A stretch of DNA of 64,000 bases, taken from NCBI GenBank assembly GCA_964016885.1, contig OZ024742.1, forward strand, positions 16,988,001 to 17,052,000, read 5' to 3'. The position numbers and the translations under genes are program-made. The DNA comes from Eledone cirrhosa (Eukaryota). Below are positions 1-18,044 of this stretch, in pieces (the first letter of the stretch is position 1; every line of letters begins with the position of its first letter). The notes beneath the pieces were generated by a model that saw only the letters and a program-made list of their open reading frames with translations, did no database searches and was not told where the DNA came from.

Positions 1-5
1 TATAT

Positions 6-39
<34 letters not shown>

Positions 40-40
<1 letters not shown>

Positions 41-295
41 GTAATAATAATAAATTTGAAGACTAAAATCCCAAAAGGGCTCGATAAGGATAAATATATA
101 TCAAATATATAAGAACTGTAGAGCAAATATTTGTTAAAATAACAGATTAAAGTTTAAGCAAAGAATCGCTGCTTTCACCCTTAACGGGACCTTTTGAAAC
201 TAACAAAGATTGACTTCGTTAGTTTCAGAAGATCCCGTTAAGGGTGAAAGCAGCGATTCTTCGCTTAAACTTTAATCTGTTATTTTAATAAATAT
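40..295. mobile_element. Short fold-back element in (TA)n, probably a Penelope pLTR derivative
   Basis: Inverted arms ~127-208 and ~214-295, TA tracts on both sides. The right arm recurs at ~24283-24352 and ~46141-46208; the left extension recurs at ~57192-57290 and 56657-56693. Confidence 0.6.
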
Positions 296-596
296 ATATA
301 TATATATGCATACATACAAGTATATAAACACTTTATATATATATATATTTCCTCCTTTCCCTCTCTTTCCTTTTTTCTCTCTCCTTTTCCACCTCGCCTT
401 TTGATTAATAAAAGGCCTCGGGCGCACCCGAACTACACCGATGTCCTGTAATTCAGCGCCGAAACATCGGTTCGGAATACATATACAGCTGACGATGGAA
501 ACTCCTTTCTTCTTCGCTCCTCCTGTTCCGTCCTAACCACCATCCTAAACCTTGTTTTTACTAACCACACAGCTCCTTTCGTTTCATAACTTTTTG

Positions 597-647
<51 letters not shown>

Positions 648-810
648 GAGTTATTCCGTAAGTAGGGTAGTCAATAGATAGCAGAGGATAAATGTTTTAA
701 TATAGAAAAGCTTCTACAGGACTAGAACTGATGAGAAATCACCAGTAAACTTCCTGATGACTTCTCATGAATGAAACAGTTCTAGTCCTGTAGAAGCTTT
801 TCTATATTAA
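648..810. mobile_element. Short fold-back element with hammerhead-like core
   Basis: Perfect inverted arms 697-730 / 777-810. CTGATGA at 754-760 and GAAAC at 773-777. Homologous to 42604-42915 and 43426-43677. Confidence 0.65.
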
Positions 811-1629
811 TATATATACATATATATATATATATATACTATAAAATTATGTCCATAGAATCATTTGATAATATATATACACCATTTCCTCTCCCAATTA
901 GCATAATCAACCACACACAAAAACAATTAAACCAGGCTATAAGATTAAAAGGCACCCATGAAGAAATAATAGATAAATAAACGGCAGCCATCTATTCGCG
1001 ATCAACAGCTATAGAACATTTACCCAACATTTCAATAGCACGGGGAAATCGATTAAATATACCGTCAACCATACACAATTAGGTATAAAATTAAAGTTAG
1101 AAGAAAAAAAAGAAATATATATATATATTTGCATACATACAAGCATATAACCACTTTACTTGACGTTGTTACCACTCAGCTGGTAAAATTCATTCAAGTG
1201 TCATTCAAGTCAGACACCATGTCACTCTGCATCATCTCTCAGACCAGTGTTAAAGATGTATTTTTAATAAAAAAAATATTTTTATATTTCCTCCTCCTCT
1301 CACTCTCGTCTATCTTTCTATTTCTTCTATTTCTCATACTAACTTAAAATGAACGGATAATGTCCTAAACATCAAGACTCGTTCCATTTGTATCAAGCGT
1401 CGAACTAATATATATCTTCATTGTACTGTATCGTATTCTTGTCGGGGTCTGGTCTGGCACGTAAACGAAATGAAAGGCCTGAATGAAGGGTAAGTTTAAA
1501 AGTGCTTCCTCCATTGGTAGCATATATATGTTCATGTTAAGTGTATGAGACTTTGTTTACATTACATAACCTCTCTTGCAACAGATCGAGCACTGTTTTC
1601 CTTGGTCTTTCATCTACGGACTTCTACCA

Positions 1630-1698
<69 letters not shown>

Positions 1699-1701
<3 letters not shown>

Positions 1702-1973
1702 GAAAGTGAGGTTTTTTTTACAAAATGAAAAATAACTGAGGTGTCCTACACGAGTGAAAGTATAAGGAAAAAAGATGACATCGAAAATGCAACTGGAGTC
1801 TTTTTTTTTTTAAATATATATTTATTTGGTTCCTTTACCGTTTTCGCAGTTCTTCTGCTTTTGAAAAGCAGAAGAACTGCGAAGAACTGCGAAACGGTAA
1901 AGAAAGCAAATAAATATATATTTTAAAAAAAAAGACTCCAGTTGCATTTTCGATGTCATCTTTTTTCCTTATA
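1699..1973. mobile_element. Short fold-back element in (TA)n with degenerate hammerhead at the hairpin centre
   Basis: Arms 1761-1862 / 1864-1973, centre at 1863. The one-arm copy at ~42916-43025 reads TTGAAAA-GCAG-aagaa-CTGC-GAAAC-CG-GTA. Confidence 0.65.
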
Positions 1974-1989
1974 TATATATATATATATT

Positions 1990-3213
1990 TCGTTTCTGAA
2001 TTTGTTTAGCAAGATTCTTTATCTGAAATCGTGTGTTGAAACCGATATTGTTATACTTTGGGAGGGTCATGTTGCCAATAAGAAACACACGCACCAGAGA
2101 GATAGAATCAGAGTGTATAGAGGAGCCAGAGCCAAATGGGGAAAAATGGTAAATAATGACATAAATGGGACCAGCCACTTGTATAGGAGCAAATTTTGGA
2201 ATAGAATAGAAAGAACTAGGAACAAGGCCAATAGAATAAACTCATGGTATGATAGCAATAAATACCAGAGTGTAATGTTCATCAATACAACCCCTAGAGA
2301 CGAACTAGCCTACAAATTTAGGAGGGCCCTAAATAAACATAAACTCAATATTAAGATAGTAGAAAGACCAGGTACCTCCATAAAAACACTTATTAGCAAG
2401 ACATACCCGTTCCAAAGACCCTCATGTATAGACAAGAAATATATAACCTGTAAAATAAGCCCCCCTATTAACTGTAAAACTAGAAATGTAGTGTATAGCA
2501 TAAGATGTACTGAAGGACAATGTAGAAACAAAAATATAGTGTACATAGGTGAGACAGCTCGTAGTATAGGGAAACGGATAAATGAACACTGGCGAGACCT
2601 TCAAGATAATAAAGAATCATCTGTACTCTACCAACATGCTAAGATAGAACACAAGGGTAAATTAGAGAACATAGAAATAAAAATAGAATCCACACACAGA
2701 AAAAATGCAATGTTTAGGCAAATTACAGAGGCAGTAAGCATAAAAGAATTACAACCGAAATTAAATAGAAAATATGTGGAACAGCAACATCACAACTTAC
2801 AATTAAGGACAAAATGAAAACACACACACACATAGAACAAACAACCAACCAACAACATGTAAATAAATAAACAAATAGATAAATGAACACAAACACACAC
2901 AGACACCCGGATGTGGCGCATGCGCAAACTGAGCACACAACACACACACAGAAACAAAATGGCGTAGGACAGAAGAAAGGAAAGGCACAGAAACAAAGAA
3001 AGGAATCCCCAGTCACTGAAGAGGTCACATAGTGTGTGACGAAAGGACTATGACTATATATAAACAACTATCTGGTTGTGGAACCAACCAACCAACCAGA
3101 AATTTATAGGTTTGTAGATTTGTAAATTTATAAATTTATAAATATATAATAAATTGAAGCGAAAGCAACTGGTGCGTGTGTTTCTTATTGGCAACATGAC
3201 CCTCCCAAAGTAT

Positions 3214-3221
<8 letters not shown>
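1990..3221 (+). mobile_element. 5'-truncated Penelope-like retroelement (linker plus GIY-YIG endonuclease) with inverted pLTR piece
   Basis: ORF 1942-2817 contains CKTRNVVYSIRC...YIGETARSIGKRINEH...RQITEAVSIKELQPKLNRK (GIY-YIG). 53-bp perfect inverted repeat 2045-2097 / 3169-3221. TA tracts both sides; hammerhead in the 3' region. Confidence 0.9.
3011..3055 (+). ncRNA. Minimal type I hammerhead ribozyme
   Basis: AGTCA-CTGAAGA-g-GTCACA-tagtg-TGTGAC-GAAA-ggac-TA-TGACT. Stem I AGTCA/TGACT, 6-bp stem II, very short stem III, as is typical of Penelope-associated hammerheads. Confidence 0.75.
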
Positions 3222-3288
<67 letters not shown>

Positions 3289-3864
3289 GAGAGAGAGGGA
3301 GAGAGAGAGAGAGAGAGGGAGAGAGGTTGATAGATAAATGTGTGTGTGTGTGTGTGGAGACATACACTCATTCACACAGGCACGCACACATACAATGTTT
3401 CTTCGATTGATAAATCAAAATAAATCAAATCCTTTTCATTGGACAATGTGCATGGTCACATCTCTAAATTGTACACATACCTAGAGACATTGCTTTTAAG
3501 AACTAATATGAGTCATATTTATATTTAATAACGAGACTATGATCAGGATGAGAAGTAGAAGAAAGACAAAAGATAAATGGAATGAATCAGAGGAAATAAT
3601 TTCTCTCAATATAATCAACATGACTTTCACGTATCACTGAATACGAAAACTAAAATTAATAAATGTACGTGTTTGTGTGTATGTATACACGCTCATATAC
3701 GCACGTGCGGACACATACCTATACACAGACATACATATAGATCTATAGATTCTACCTATATATGTGTAAGTGTGTGTGTGGTGTATTTGTGTTTTGCATG
3801 AATATGTGTGTCTGTGTAAAGTTTGTCAGAGGTTATACATGAGTATTAAATGATTGGCAATATC

Positions 3865-4035
3865 GGTACAGGGTCGGATGCCATGCTTAACAGCATAGAG
3901 TTACGGCTCTTTGTGGTCTGAGTTCAAATCCTGCCGAGGTTAACTTTGCCTTTCATCCTTACAGGGTCGATAAAATAAAGTACCAGTAATGCACTGGGAT
4001 AATTGCTGGCCTTGTGCCAAACGTATAAACAATTA
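3865..4035 (+). mobile_element. tRNA-derived SINE (central domain resembles Deu/Nin type)
   Basis: B-box-like GAGTTCAAATCC followed by gccgaggttaactttgcctttcatccttacagggtcgataaaataaagtaccag; several more copies in the window. Confidence 0.75.
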
Positions 4036-5262
4036 TATGATTCAATGACAATAGTCCTTTTCTTTACTTTCCTATACACCCAGATCTGCTCTTCTTGACC
4101 ATTTCTCCCCCATTTTCTTTATATATATAGTTAATTATGAAAACTTAATAGATAATTTAAATTTAAAAAATTAGGAAAATATGTTACTTTATGGCAAAAT
4201 AGAAGACATAAATTAGAGTATTCTTAAATTCTGTCCCTACCTTCTAATTTCAAATATTACTTGAGCCTTTTCCACCCAAAACATATACACCGATCATGTG
4301 ATGAAATTCATTCCTATTAATGAATAATCAATTTTGAAGTTCTCCTTTATGACTTACGTTATCATTGATGTGAGAGCCGTAGACTCTGACCTGTAAATAA
4401 CTAATGAATAACCCTTCCTTGGTCGGCTCTACTTGTTTGAAATATCAGCCATTTATCTCTACAATTACCCGACCGAAGGGATCTAGAAACAACAGTATTG
4501 GATAGGGTATTTCTAGACATAGGTATTCTCTTTGAATAAAAAACGGGATGGTCGTGGCTTATATGCTTTGGATCGTCTGCCGAATCAATGCTGATACAAA
4601 CCTGTCAAATCTCCCCGTCCGATAGGGATATCTCCAAACCACTTTGGGGTGAATAAGAGATGTATTCTCTTGTAAAAATGGGTATAACTTTTATCATGTA
4701 AAGTCTCCCCATTTTGCCTTATTTCTTCCAGTTTTGGGGGTACTTTCTTTCATGGTTCACCGCGTTTGGGTCTTTAGGGGCTGACAGGCCTGCTGATATG
4801 ATGTTAAAAACCACTACATAAGTTTGCTTTTTAATTTTATTTAAATCAAACTCACAAAGTTGGCTCAAAAACCGTTGATAATTACGTAAATAGAAATAAG
4901 ATAACAATTCATTTACATACGTTGGTTTCTGAAGCAGGTCGAAGTTTTGAGGTTCAATTCTTAGGAGTTTATAAATCGGATGTTGTAATGATTGCTTCGC
5001 TTTTTATTTATGTTTTCTTAAGAATGAATCTGAAATCAATATGACAGGTTATCGATATAGGACTTTGTAATCGATTTGTTGAAAAATTAAGGTTGTAACA
5101 CAGAAAATCAATCAAATATAAGGGTCCCCGATTAAAATGTCTTATAGATACGTATCAAACCAATATATTCTCAAGAAAGTATGTATAATTGAAATAAATG
5201 TAAATACATAATAGGTTCATAAAGCAAAACATAAATATATTCAACACACGCATATACATACA

Positions 5263-6212
5263 ACACACACACAGGAACATACCTCTCCAGACAGAGACAC
5301 ACATAAGTCACACACACACACACACACACACACAGGAACATACCTCCCCAGACAGAGACACACATAAGTCATACATACAACACACACACAGGAACATACC
5401 TCTCCAGACAGAGACACACATAAGTCAAACACACACACACACACAGAAACATACCTCCCCAGACAGAGACACACATATGTCACACACACACACACACACA
5501 CAGAAACATACCTCCCCAGACAGAGACACACATAAGTAACACACACATACACACACACAGGAACATACCTCACCAGACAGAGACACACATAAGTAACACA
5601 CACACACACACACACACACAGGAACATACCTCCCCAGACAGAGACACACATAAGTCACACACACATACACACACACAGGAACATACCTCCCCTGACAGAG
5701 ACACACATAAGTCATACACACACACACACACACAGGAACATACCTCCCCAGACAGAGACACACATAAGTCACACACACATACACACACACAGGAACATAC
5801 CTCCCCTGACAGAGACACACATAAGTCATACACACACACACACACACAGGAACATACCTCCCCAGACAGAGACACACATAAGTTACACACACATACACAC
5901 ACACAGGAACATACCTCACCAGACAGAGACACACATAAGTCACACACACACACACAGGAACATACCTCCCCAGACAGAGACACACATAAGTCACACACAC
6001 ACACACACACAGGAACATACCTCCCCAGACAGAGACACACATAAGTCACACACACACACACACACACAGGAACATACCTCCCCAGACAGAGACACACATA
6101 AGTCACACACACACACACACACAGGAACATACCTCCCCAGACAGAGACACACATATGTCACACACACACACACACACACAGAAACATACCTCCCCAGACA
6201 GAGACACACATA

Positions 6213-6243
<31 letters not shown>

Positions 6244-6495
6244 GGAACATACCTCCCCAGACAGAGACACACATAAGTCACACACACACACACAGGAACA
6301 TACCTCCCCAGACAGAGACACACATAAGTCACACACACACACACACACAGGAACATACCTCCCCAGACAGAGACACACATAAGTCACACACACACACACA
6401 CACACAGAAACATACCTCCCCAGACAGAGACACACATATGTCACACACACACACACACACACAGAAACATACCTCCCCAGACAGAGACACACATA

Positions 6496-6532
<37 letters not shown>

Positions 6533-9500
6533 AACATACCTCCCCAGACAGAGACACACATATTTCACACACACACACACACACACAGGAACATACCTCC
6601 CCAGACAGAGACACACATAAGTCACACACACACACACACACAGGAACATACCTCCCCAGACAGAGACACACATATGTCACACACACACACACACACAGGG
6701 ACATACCTCCCCAGACAGAGACACACATATGTCACACACACACACACACACACACACAGGAACATACCTCCCCAGACAGAGACACACATAAGTCACACAC
6801 ACACACACACACAGGAACATACCTCCCCAGACAGAGACACACATATGTCACACACACACACACACACAGGGACATACCTCCCCAGACAGAGACACACATA
6901 TGTCACACACACACACACACACACACACAGGAACATACCTCCCCAGACAGAGACACACATATGTCACACACACACACACACACAGAAACATACCTCCCCA
7001 GACAGAGACACACATAAGTCACACACACACACACACACAGAAACATACCTCCCCAGACAGAGACACACATATGTGACACACACACATACACACACAGGAA
7101 CATACCTCCCCTCACAGAGACACACATAAGTCATACACACACACACACACACACAGGAACATACCTCCCCTCACAGAGACACACATAAGTCACACACACA
7201 CACACACACACACAGGAACATACCTCCCCAGACAGAGACACACATAAATCACACACACACACAAACACAGGAACATACCTCCCCAGACAGAGACACACAT
7301 AAGTCACACATAAGTCACACACACACACACAGGAACATACCTCACCAGACAGAGACACACATAAGTCACACATAAGTCACACACACACACACAGGAACAT
7401 ACCTCCCCAGACAGAGACACACATAAATCACACACACACACACACACAGGAACATAGCTCCCCAGAAAGAGACACACATAAGTCATACACACACACACAC
7501 ACACAGAAACATACCTTCCCAGACAGAGACACACATAAGTCATACACACACACACACACAGGGACATACCTCCCCAGACAGAGACACACATAAGTCACAC
7601 ACACACACACACACACACACAGGGACATACCTCCCCAGACAGAGACACACATAAGTCATACACACACACACACACAGGGACATACCTCCCCAGACAGAGA
7701 CACACATAAGTCACACACACACACACACACACACACAGGGACATACCTCCCCAGACAGAGACACACATAAGTCACACACACACACACACACAGGGACATA
7801 CCTCCCCAGACAGAGACACACATAAGTCACACACACACACACACACAGGGACATACCTCCCCAGACAGAGACACACATAAGTCACACACACACACACACA
7901 CAGGAACATACCTCCCCAGACAGAGACACACATAAGTCACACACACACACACACACACACAGGAACAGACCTCCCCAGACAGAGACACACATAAGTCACA
8001 CACACACACACACACACACAGGAACATACCTCTCCAGACAGAGACACACATAAGTCACACACACACATACACACAGGAACATACCTCCCCAGACAGAGAC
8101 ACACATATGTCACACACACACACACACACATACACAGGAACATACCTCCCCAGACAGAGACACACATAAGTCACACACACACACACACACACACAGGAAC
8201 ATACCTCTCCAGACAGAGACACACATAAGTCACACACACACACACACAAGAACATACCTCCCCAGACAGAGACACACATAAGTCACACACACACACACAC
8301 ACAGGAACATACCTCCCCAGACAGAGACACACATATGTCTCACACACACACACACACACACACACACAGGAACATACCTCCCCAGACAGAGACACACATA
8401 TGTCACACACACACACACACACACAGGAACATACCTCCCCAGACAGAGACACACATATGTCACACACACACACACACACAGAACATACCTCCCCAGACAG
8501 AGACACACATATGTCACACACACACACACACACACACACACAGGAACATACCTCCCCAGACAGAGACACACATATGTCTCACACACACACACACACACAC
8601 ACACAGGAACATACCTCCCCAGACAGAGACACACATATGTCACACACACACACACACACACAGGAACATACCTCCCCAGACAGAGACACACATAAGTCAC
8701 ACACACACACACACACAGGAACATACCTCCCCAGACAGAGACACACATATGTCACACACACAGACACACACACAGGAACATACCTCCCCAGACAGAGACA
8801 CACATAAGTCACACACACACACACACACAGGAACATACCTCCCCAGACAGAGACACACATATGTCACACACACACACACACACACACAGGAACATACCTC
8901 CCCAGACAGAGACACATATATGTCACACACACACACACACACACAGGGACATACCTCCCCAGACAGAGACACACATATGTCACACACACACACACAGGAA
9001 CATACCTCCCCAGACAGAGACACACATATGTCACACACACACACACACAGGAACATACCTCCCCAGACAGAGACACACATAAGTCACACACACACGCACA
9101 CAGGAACATACCTCCCCAGACACAGACACACATATGTCACACACACACACACACACACAGGGACATACCTCCCCAGACAGAGACACACATATGTCACACA
9201 CACACACACACACACAGGGACATACCTCCCCAGACAGAGACACACATAAGTCACACACACACACACACACACACAGGGACATACCTCCCCAGACAGAGAC
9301 ACACATATGTCTCACACACACACACACACACAGGGACATACCTCCCCAGACAGAGACACACATATGTCACACACACACACACACACACAGGGACATACCT
9401 CCCCAGACAGAGGCACACATAAGTCACACACACACACACACACACACAGGGACATACCTCCCCAGACAGAGACACACATATGTCACACACACACACACAG

Positions 9501-9975
9501 GAACATACCTCCCCAGACAGAGACACACATATGTCACACACACACACACACACAGGAACATACCTCCCCAGACAGAGACACACATAAGTCACACACACAC
9601 ACACACACACACAGGGACATACCTCCCCAGACAGAGACACACATATGTCACACACACACACACACACACAGGGACATACCTCCCCAGACAGAGACACACA
9701 TAAGTAACACACACACACACACACACACAGGGACATACCTCCCCAGACAGAGACACACATATGTCACACACACACACACAGGAACATACCTCCCCAGACA
9801 GAGACACACATAAGTCACACACACACACACACACAGGAACATACCTCCCCAGACAGAGACACACATAAGTCACACACACATACACACACACAGGAACATA
9901 CCTCCCCAGACAGAGACACACATATGTCACACACACACACAGGAACATACCTCCCCTGACAGAGACACACATAAG

Positions 9976-10017
<42 letters not shown>

Positions 10018-11666
10018 GAACATACCTCCCAAGACAGAGACACACATAAGTCATACACACACACACACACACAGGAACATACCTCCCCAGACAAAGACAC
10101 ACATAAGTCATACACACACACACACACAGAGGAACATACCTCCCAAGACAGAGACACACATAAGTCATACACACACACACACACAGAGGAACATACCTCC
10201 CCAGACAGAGACACACATAAGTCATACACACACACACACACACAGGAACATACCTCCCCAGACAGAGACACACATAAGTCATACACACACACACACAGGA
10301 ACATACCTCCCCAGACAGAGACACACATATGTCACACACACACACAGGGACATACCTCCCCAGACAGAGACACACATAAGTCATACACACACACACACAC
10401 AGGAACACACCTCCCCAGACAGAGACACACATAAGTCACACACACACACACACACACACACACAGGGACTTACCTCCCCAGACAGAGACACACATAAGTC
10501 ACACACACACACACACACACACAGGAACATACCTCCCCAGACAGAGACACACATATGTCACACACACACACACAGAGGTACATACCTCCCCTGACAGAGA
10601 CACACATAAGTCACACACACACACACACACACAGGAACATACCTTCCCAGAAAGAGACACACATATGTCACACACACACACACACATACACAGGAACATA
10701 CCTCCCCAGACAGAGACACACATATGTCACACACACACACACACACACACAGGAACATACCTCCCCAGACAGAGACACACATAAGTCACACACACACACA
10801 CACACAGGGACATACCTCCCCAGACAGAGACACGCATAAGTCATACACACACACACACACACACAGGAACATACCTCCCCAGACAGAGACACACATAAGT
10901 CACACACACACACACACACACACAGGAACAGACCTCCCCAGACAGAGACACACATAAGTCACACACACACATACACACACAGGAACATACCTCCCCAGAC
11001 AGAGACACACATAAGTCACACACACACACACACACACACAGGAACATACCTCTCCAGACAGAGACACACATAAGTCACACACACACACACACAAACAGGA
11101 ACATACCTCTCCAGACAGAGACACACATAAGTCACACACACACACACACAAGAACATACCTTCCCAGACAGAGACACACATAAGTCACACACACACACAC
11201 ACACAGGAACATACCTCCCCAGACAGAGACACACATATGTCACACACACACACACACACAGAACATACCTCCCCAGACCGAGACACACATAAGTCTCACA
11301 CACACACACACACACACACACAGGAACATACCTCCCCAGACAGAGATACACATAAGTCACACACACACACACACACAGGAACATACCTCCCCAGACAGAG
11401 ACACACATATGTCACACACACACACACACACACACACACAGGAACATACCTCCCCAGACAGAGACACACATATGTCACACACACACACAGGGACATACCT
11501 CCCCAGACAGAGACACACATAAGTCACACACACACACACACACAGGAACATACCTCCCCAGACAGAGACACACATATGTCACACACACACACAGGAACAT
11601 ACCTCCCCACACAGAGACACACATAAGTCACACACACACACACAGGAACATACCTCCCCAGACAGA

Positions 11667-11708
<42 letters not shown>

Positions 11709-14700
11709 GACTTACCTCCCCAGACAGAGACACACATAAGTCACACACACACACACACACACACAGGAACATACCTCCCCAGACAGAGACACACATATGT
11801 CACACACACACACACAGAGGTACATACCTCCCCTGACAGAGACACACATAAGTCACACACACACACACACACACAGGAACGTACCTTCCCAGAAAGAGAC
11901 ACACATATGTCACACACACACACACACATACACAGGAACATACCTCCCCAGACAGAGACACACATATGTCACACACACACACACACACACACAGGAACAT
12001 ACCTCCCCAGGCAGAGACACACATAAGTCACACACACACACACACACAGGAACATACCTCCCCAGGCAGAGACACACATAAGTCACACACACACACACAC
12101 ACAGGAACATACCTCCCCTGACAGAGACACACATAAGTCACACACACACACACACACACAGGAACGTACCTTCCCAGAAAGAGACACACATATGTCACAC
12201 ACACACACACACACACACAGGAACATACCTCCCCAGACAGAGACACACATATGTCACACACACACACACACACACACACAGGAACATACCTCCCCAGGCA
12301 GAGACACACATAAGTCACACACACACACACACACAGGAACATACCTCCCCAGACAGAGACACACATAAGTCACACACACACACACACACAGGGACATACC
12401 TCCCCAGACAGAGACACACATAAGTCACACACACACACACACACACACAGGAACAGACCTCCCTAGACAGAGACACACATATGTCACACACACACATACA
12501 CACACAGGAACATACCTCCCCAGACAGAGACACACATAAGTCACACACACACATACACACACAGGAACATACCTCCCTAGACAGAGACACACATAAGTCA
12601 CACACACACATACACACACAGGAACATACCTCCCCAGAGAGAGACACACATAAGTCACACACACACACACACACACACAGGAACAGACCTCCCTAGACAG
12701 AGACACACATAAGTCACACACACACATACACACACAGGAACATACCTCCCCAGACAGAGACACACATAAGTCACACACACACACACACACAGGAACATAC
12801 CTCCCCAGACAGAGACACACATAAGTTACACACACATACACACACACAGGAACATACCTCACCTGACAGAGACACACATAAGTCACACACACACACACAG
12901 GAACATACCTCTCCAGACAGAGACACACATATGTCACACACACACACACACACACACAGGAACATACCTCCCCTGACAGAGACACACATAAGTCACACAC
13001 ACACACACACACAGGAACATACCTCTCCAGACAGAGACACACATAAGTCACACACACACACACACAAGAACATACCTCCCCAGACAGAGACACACATAAG
13101 TCACACACACACACACAGGAACATACCTCCCCAGACAGAGACACACATAAGTCACACACACACACACACACAGGAACATACCTCCCCAGACAGAGACACA
13201 CATAAGTCACACACACACACACACACAGAACATACCTCCCCAGACAGAGACACACATATGTCTCACACACACACACACACACACACACAGGAACATACCT
13301 CCCCAGACAGAGACACACATAAGTCACACACACACACACACACAGGAACATACCTCCCCAGACAGAGACACACATATGTCACACACACACACACACACAC
13401 ACACACAGGAACATACCTCCCCAGACAGAGACACACATATGTCTCACACACACACACACACACACACACAGGAACATACCTCCCCAGACAGAGACACACA
13501 TATGTCACACACACACACACACAGGAACATACCTCCCCAGACAGAGACACACATAAGTCACACACACACACACACACAGGAACATACCTCCCCAGACAGA
13601 GACACACATATGTCACACACACACACACACAGGAACATACCTCCCCAGACAGAGACACACATATGTCACACACACACACACACAGGAACATACCTCCCCA
13701 GACAGAGACACACATAAGTCACACACACACACACACACACACACACAGGAACATACCTCCCCAGACAGAGACACACATAAGTCACACACACACACACACA
13801 CAGGAACATACCTCCCCAGACAGAGACACACATATGTCACACACACACACACACAGGAACATACCTCCCCAGACAGAGACACACATATGTCACACACACA
13901 CACACACAGGAACATACCTCCCCAGACAGAGACACACATATGTCACACACACACACACACAGGAACATACCTCCCCAGACAGAGACACACATATGTCACA
14001 CACACACACACACAGAACATACCTCCCCAGACAGAGACACACATAAGTCACACACACACACACATACAGGGACATACCTCCCCAGACAGAGACACACATA
14101 AGTCACACACACACACACACACACACAGGAACATACCTCCCCAGACAGAGACACACATAAGTCACACACACACACACACAGGAACATACCTCCCCAGACA
14201 CAGACACACATATGTCACACACACACACACACACACACACACAGGAACATACCTCCCCAGACAGAGACACACATAAGTCACACACACACACACATACAGG
14301 GACATACCTCCCCAGACAGAGACACACATATGTCACACACACACACACACACACAGGGACATACCTCCCCAGACAGAGACACACATATGTCACACACACA
14401 CACACACACACAGAAACATACCTCCCCTGACAGAAACACACATATGTCACACACACACACACACACAGGGACATACCTCACCAGACAGAGACACACATAA
14501 GTCACACACACACACACACACAGGAACATACCTCCCCAGACAGAGACACACATAAGTCACACACACACACACACACAGGAACATACCTCCCCAGACAGAG
14601 ACACACATAAGTCACACACACACACACACACACACACACAGGGACGTACCTCCCCAGACAGAGACACACATAAGTAACACACACACACACACACAGGGAC

Positions 14701-14894
14701 ATACCTCACCAGACAGAGACACACATAAGTCACACACACACACACACACAGGAACATACCTCCCCAGACAGAGACACACATAAGTCACACACACACACAC
14801 ACACAGGAACATACCTCCCCAGACAGAGAGACACATATGTCACACACACACACACACACAGGAACATACCTCCCCAGACAGAGACACACATAAG

Positions 14895-14937
<43 letters not shown>

Positions 14938-15189
14938 AACATACCTCCCAAGACAGAGACACACATAAGTCATACACACATACACACACACACACACACA
15001 CACAGAGGAACATACCTCCCCAGACAGAGACACACATAAGTCACACACACACACACAGGAACATACCTCCCCAGACAGAGACACACATATGTCACACACA
15101 CACACACACACACACAGGGACATACCTCCCCAGACAGAGACACACATAAGTCACACACACACACACAGGAACATACCTCCCCAGACAGA

Positions 15190-15227
<38 letters not shown>

Positions 15228-15589
15228 GACTTACCTCCCCAGACAGAGACACACATAAGTCACACACACACACACACACACAGGAACATACCTTCCCAGA
15301 AAGAGACACACATATGTCACACACACACACATACACAGGAACATACCTCCCCAGACAGAGACACACATAAGTCACACACACACACACACACAGGAACATA
15401 CCTCCCAAGACAGAGACACACATAAGTCACACACACACACACACACAGGGACATACCTCCCCAGACAGAGACACCCATAAGTCACACACACACACGCACA
15501 CAGGAACATACCTCCCCAGACAGAGACACACATATGTCACACACACACACACACAGGAACATACCTCCCCAGAAAGAGACACACATATG

Positions 15590-15622
<33 letters not shown>

Positions 15623-17412
15623 GACATACCTCCCCAGACAGAGACACACATATGTCACACACACACACACACACAGGAACATACCTCCCCAGACAGAGAC
15701 ACACATAAGTCATACACACACACACACACACACTGGAATATTACTCCCCAGACAGAGACACACATAAGTCACACACACACACACATACAGGAACATACCT
15801 CACCAGACAGAGACACACATAAACAACACACACACACACACACCCACAGGAACATACCTCCCCAGACAGAGACACACATAAACAACACACACACACACAC
15901 ACACACAGGAACATACCTCCCCAGACAGAGACACACATATGTCACACACACACACACACACAGGAACATACCTCCCCCGACAGAGACACACATAAGTCAC
16001 ACACACACACACACACACACAGGAACATACCTCCCCTGACAGAAACACACATATGTCACACACACACACAGGAACATACCTCCCCTGACAGAGACACACA
16101 TAAGTCACACACACACACAGGAACATACCTCCCCCGACAGAGACACACATAAGTCACACACACACACAGGAACATACCTCCCCCGACAGAGACACACATA
16201 AGTCACACACACACACAGGAACATACCTCCCCTGACAGAAACACACATATGTCACACACACACACACACAGTGACATACCTCCCCAGACAGAGACACACA
16301 TATGCCACACACACACACACACACACACACAGGAACATACCTCCCCAGACAGAGACACACATATGTCACACACACACACACACAGGGACATACCTCCCCA
16401 GACAGAGACACACATATGTCTCACACACACACACACACAGGAACATACCTCCCCAGACAGAGACACACATATGTCACACACACACACACAGGGACATACC
16501 TCCCCAGACAGAGACACACATATGCCACACACACACACACACACACACACAGGAACATACCTCCCCAGACAGAGACACACATATGTCACACACACACACA
16601 CACAGGAACATACCTCCCTAGACAGAGACACACATAAGTCACACAGACACACACACACAGGAACATACCTCCCCAGACAGAGACACACATAAGTCACACA
16701 GACACACACACACAGGGACATACCTCCCCAGACAGAGACACACATAAGTCACACAGACACACACACACAGGGACATACCTCCCCAGACAGAGACACACAT
16801 AAGTCACACAGACACACACACACAGGGACATACCTCCCCAGACAGAGACACACATAAGTCACACAGACACACACACACAGGGACATACCTCCCCAGACAG
16901 AGACACACATAAGTCACACACACACACACACACAGGAACATACCTCCCCAGACAGAGACACACATAAGTTACACACACACACACAGGGACATACCTCCCC
17001 AGACAGAGACACACATAAGTCACACACACACACACACACAGGAACATACCTCCCCAGACAGAGACACACATAAGTTACACACACACACACACACACACAG
17101 GAACATACCTCCCCAGACAGAGACACATATAAGTCACACACACACACACACACACAGGAACATACCTCACCAGACAGAGACACACATAAGTCACACACAC
17201 ACCCACACACAGGAACATACCTCCCCAGACAGAGACACACATAAGTTACACACACACACACACACACACAGGAACATACCTCCCCAGACAGAGACACATA
17301 TAAGTCACACACACACACACACACACAGGGACATACCTCCCCAGACAGAGACACACATAAGTCACACACACACCCACAGGAACATACCTCCCCAGACAGA
17401 GACACACATATG

Positions 17413-17453
<41 letters not shown>

Positions 17454-17532
17454 AACATACCTCCCCAGACAGAGACACACATATGTCACACACACACAAG
17501 AACATACCTCCCCAGACAGAGACACACATATG

Positions 17533-17583
<51 letters not shown>

Positions 17584-17836
17584 AATATACCTCCCCAGAC
17601 AGAGACAGACATAAGTCACACACACACACACACACAGGAACATACCTCCCCAGACAGAGACACACATATGTCACACACACACACACAAGAACATACCTCC
17701 CCAGACAGAGACACACATATGTCTCACACACACACACACACACACAGGAACATACCTCCCCAGACAGAGACACACATATTTTCACACACACACACACACA
17801 CAGGAACATGCCTCCCCTGACAGAGACAGGCATAAG

Positions 17837-17871
<35 letters not shown>

Positions 17872-18007
17872 AACATACCTCCAAAGACAGAGACACATAT
17901 AAGTCACACACACACACACTGGAACATACCTCCCCTGACAGAAACACACATATCTCACACACACACACACACACAGGAACATACCTCCCCTGACAGAAAC
18001 ACACATA

Positions 18008-18044
<37 letters not shown>
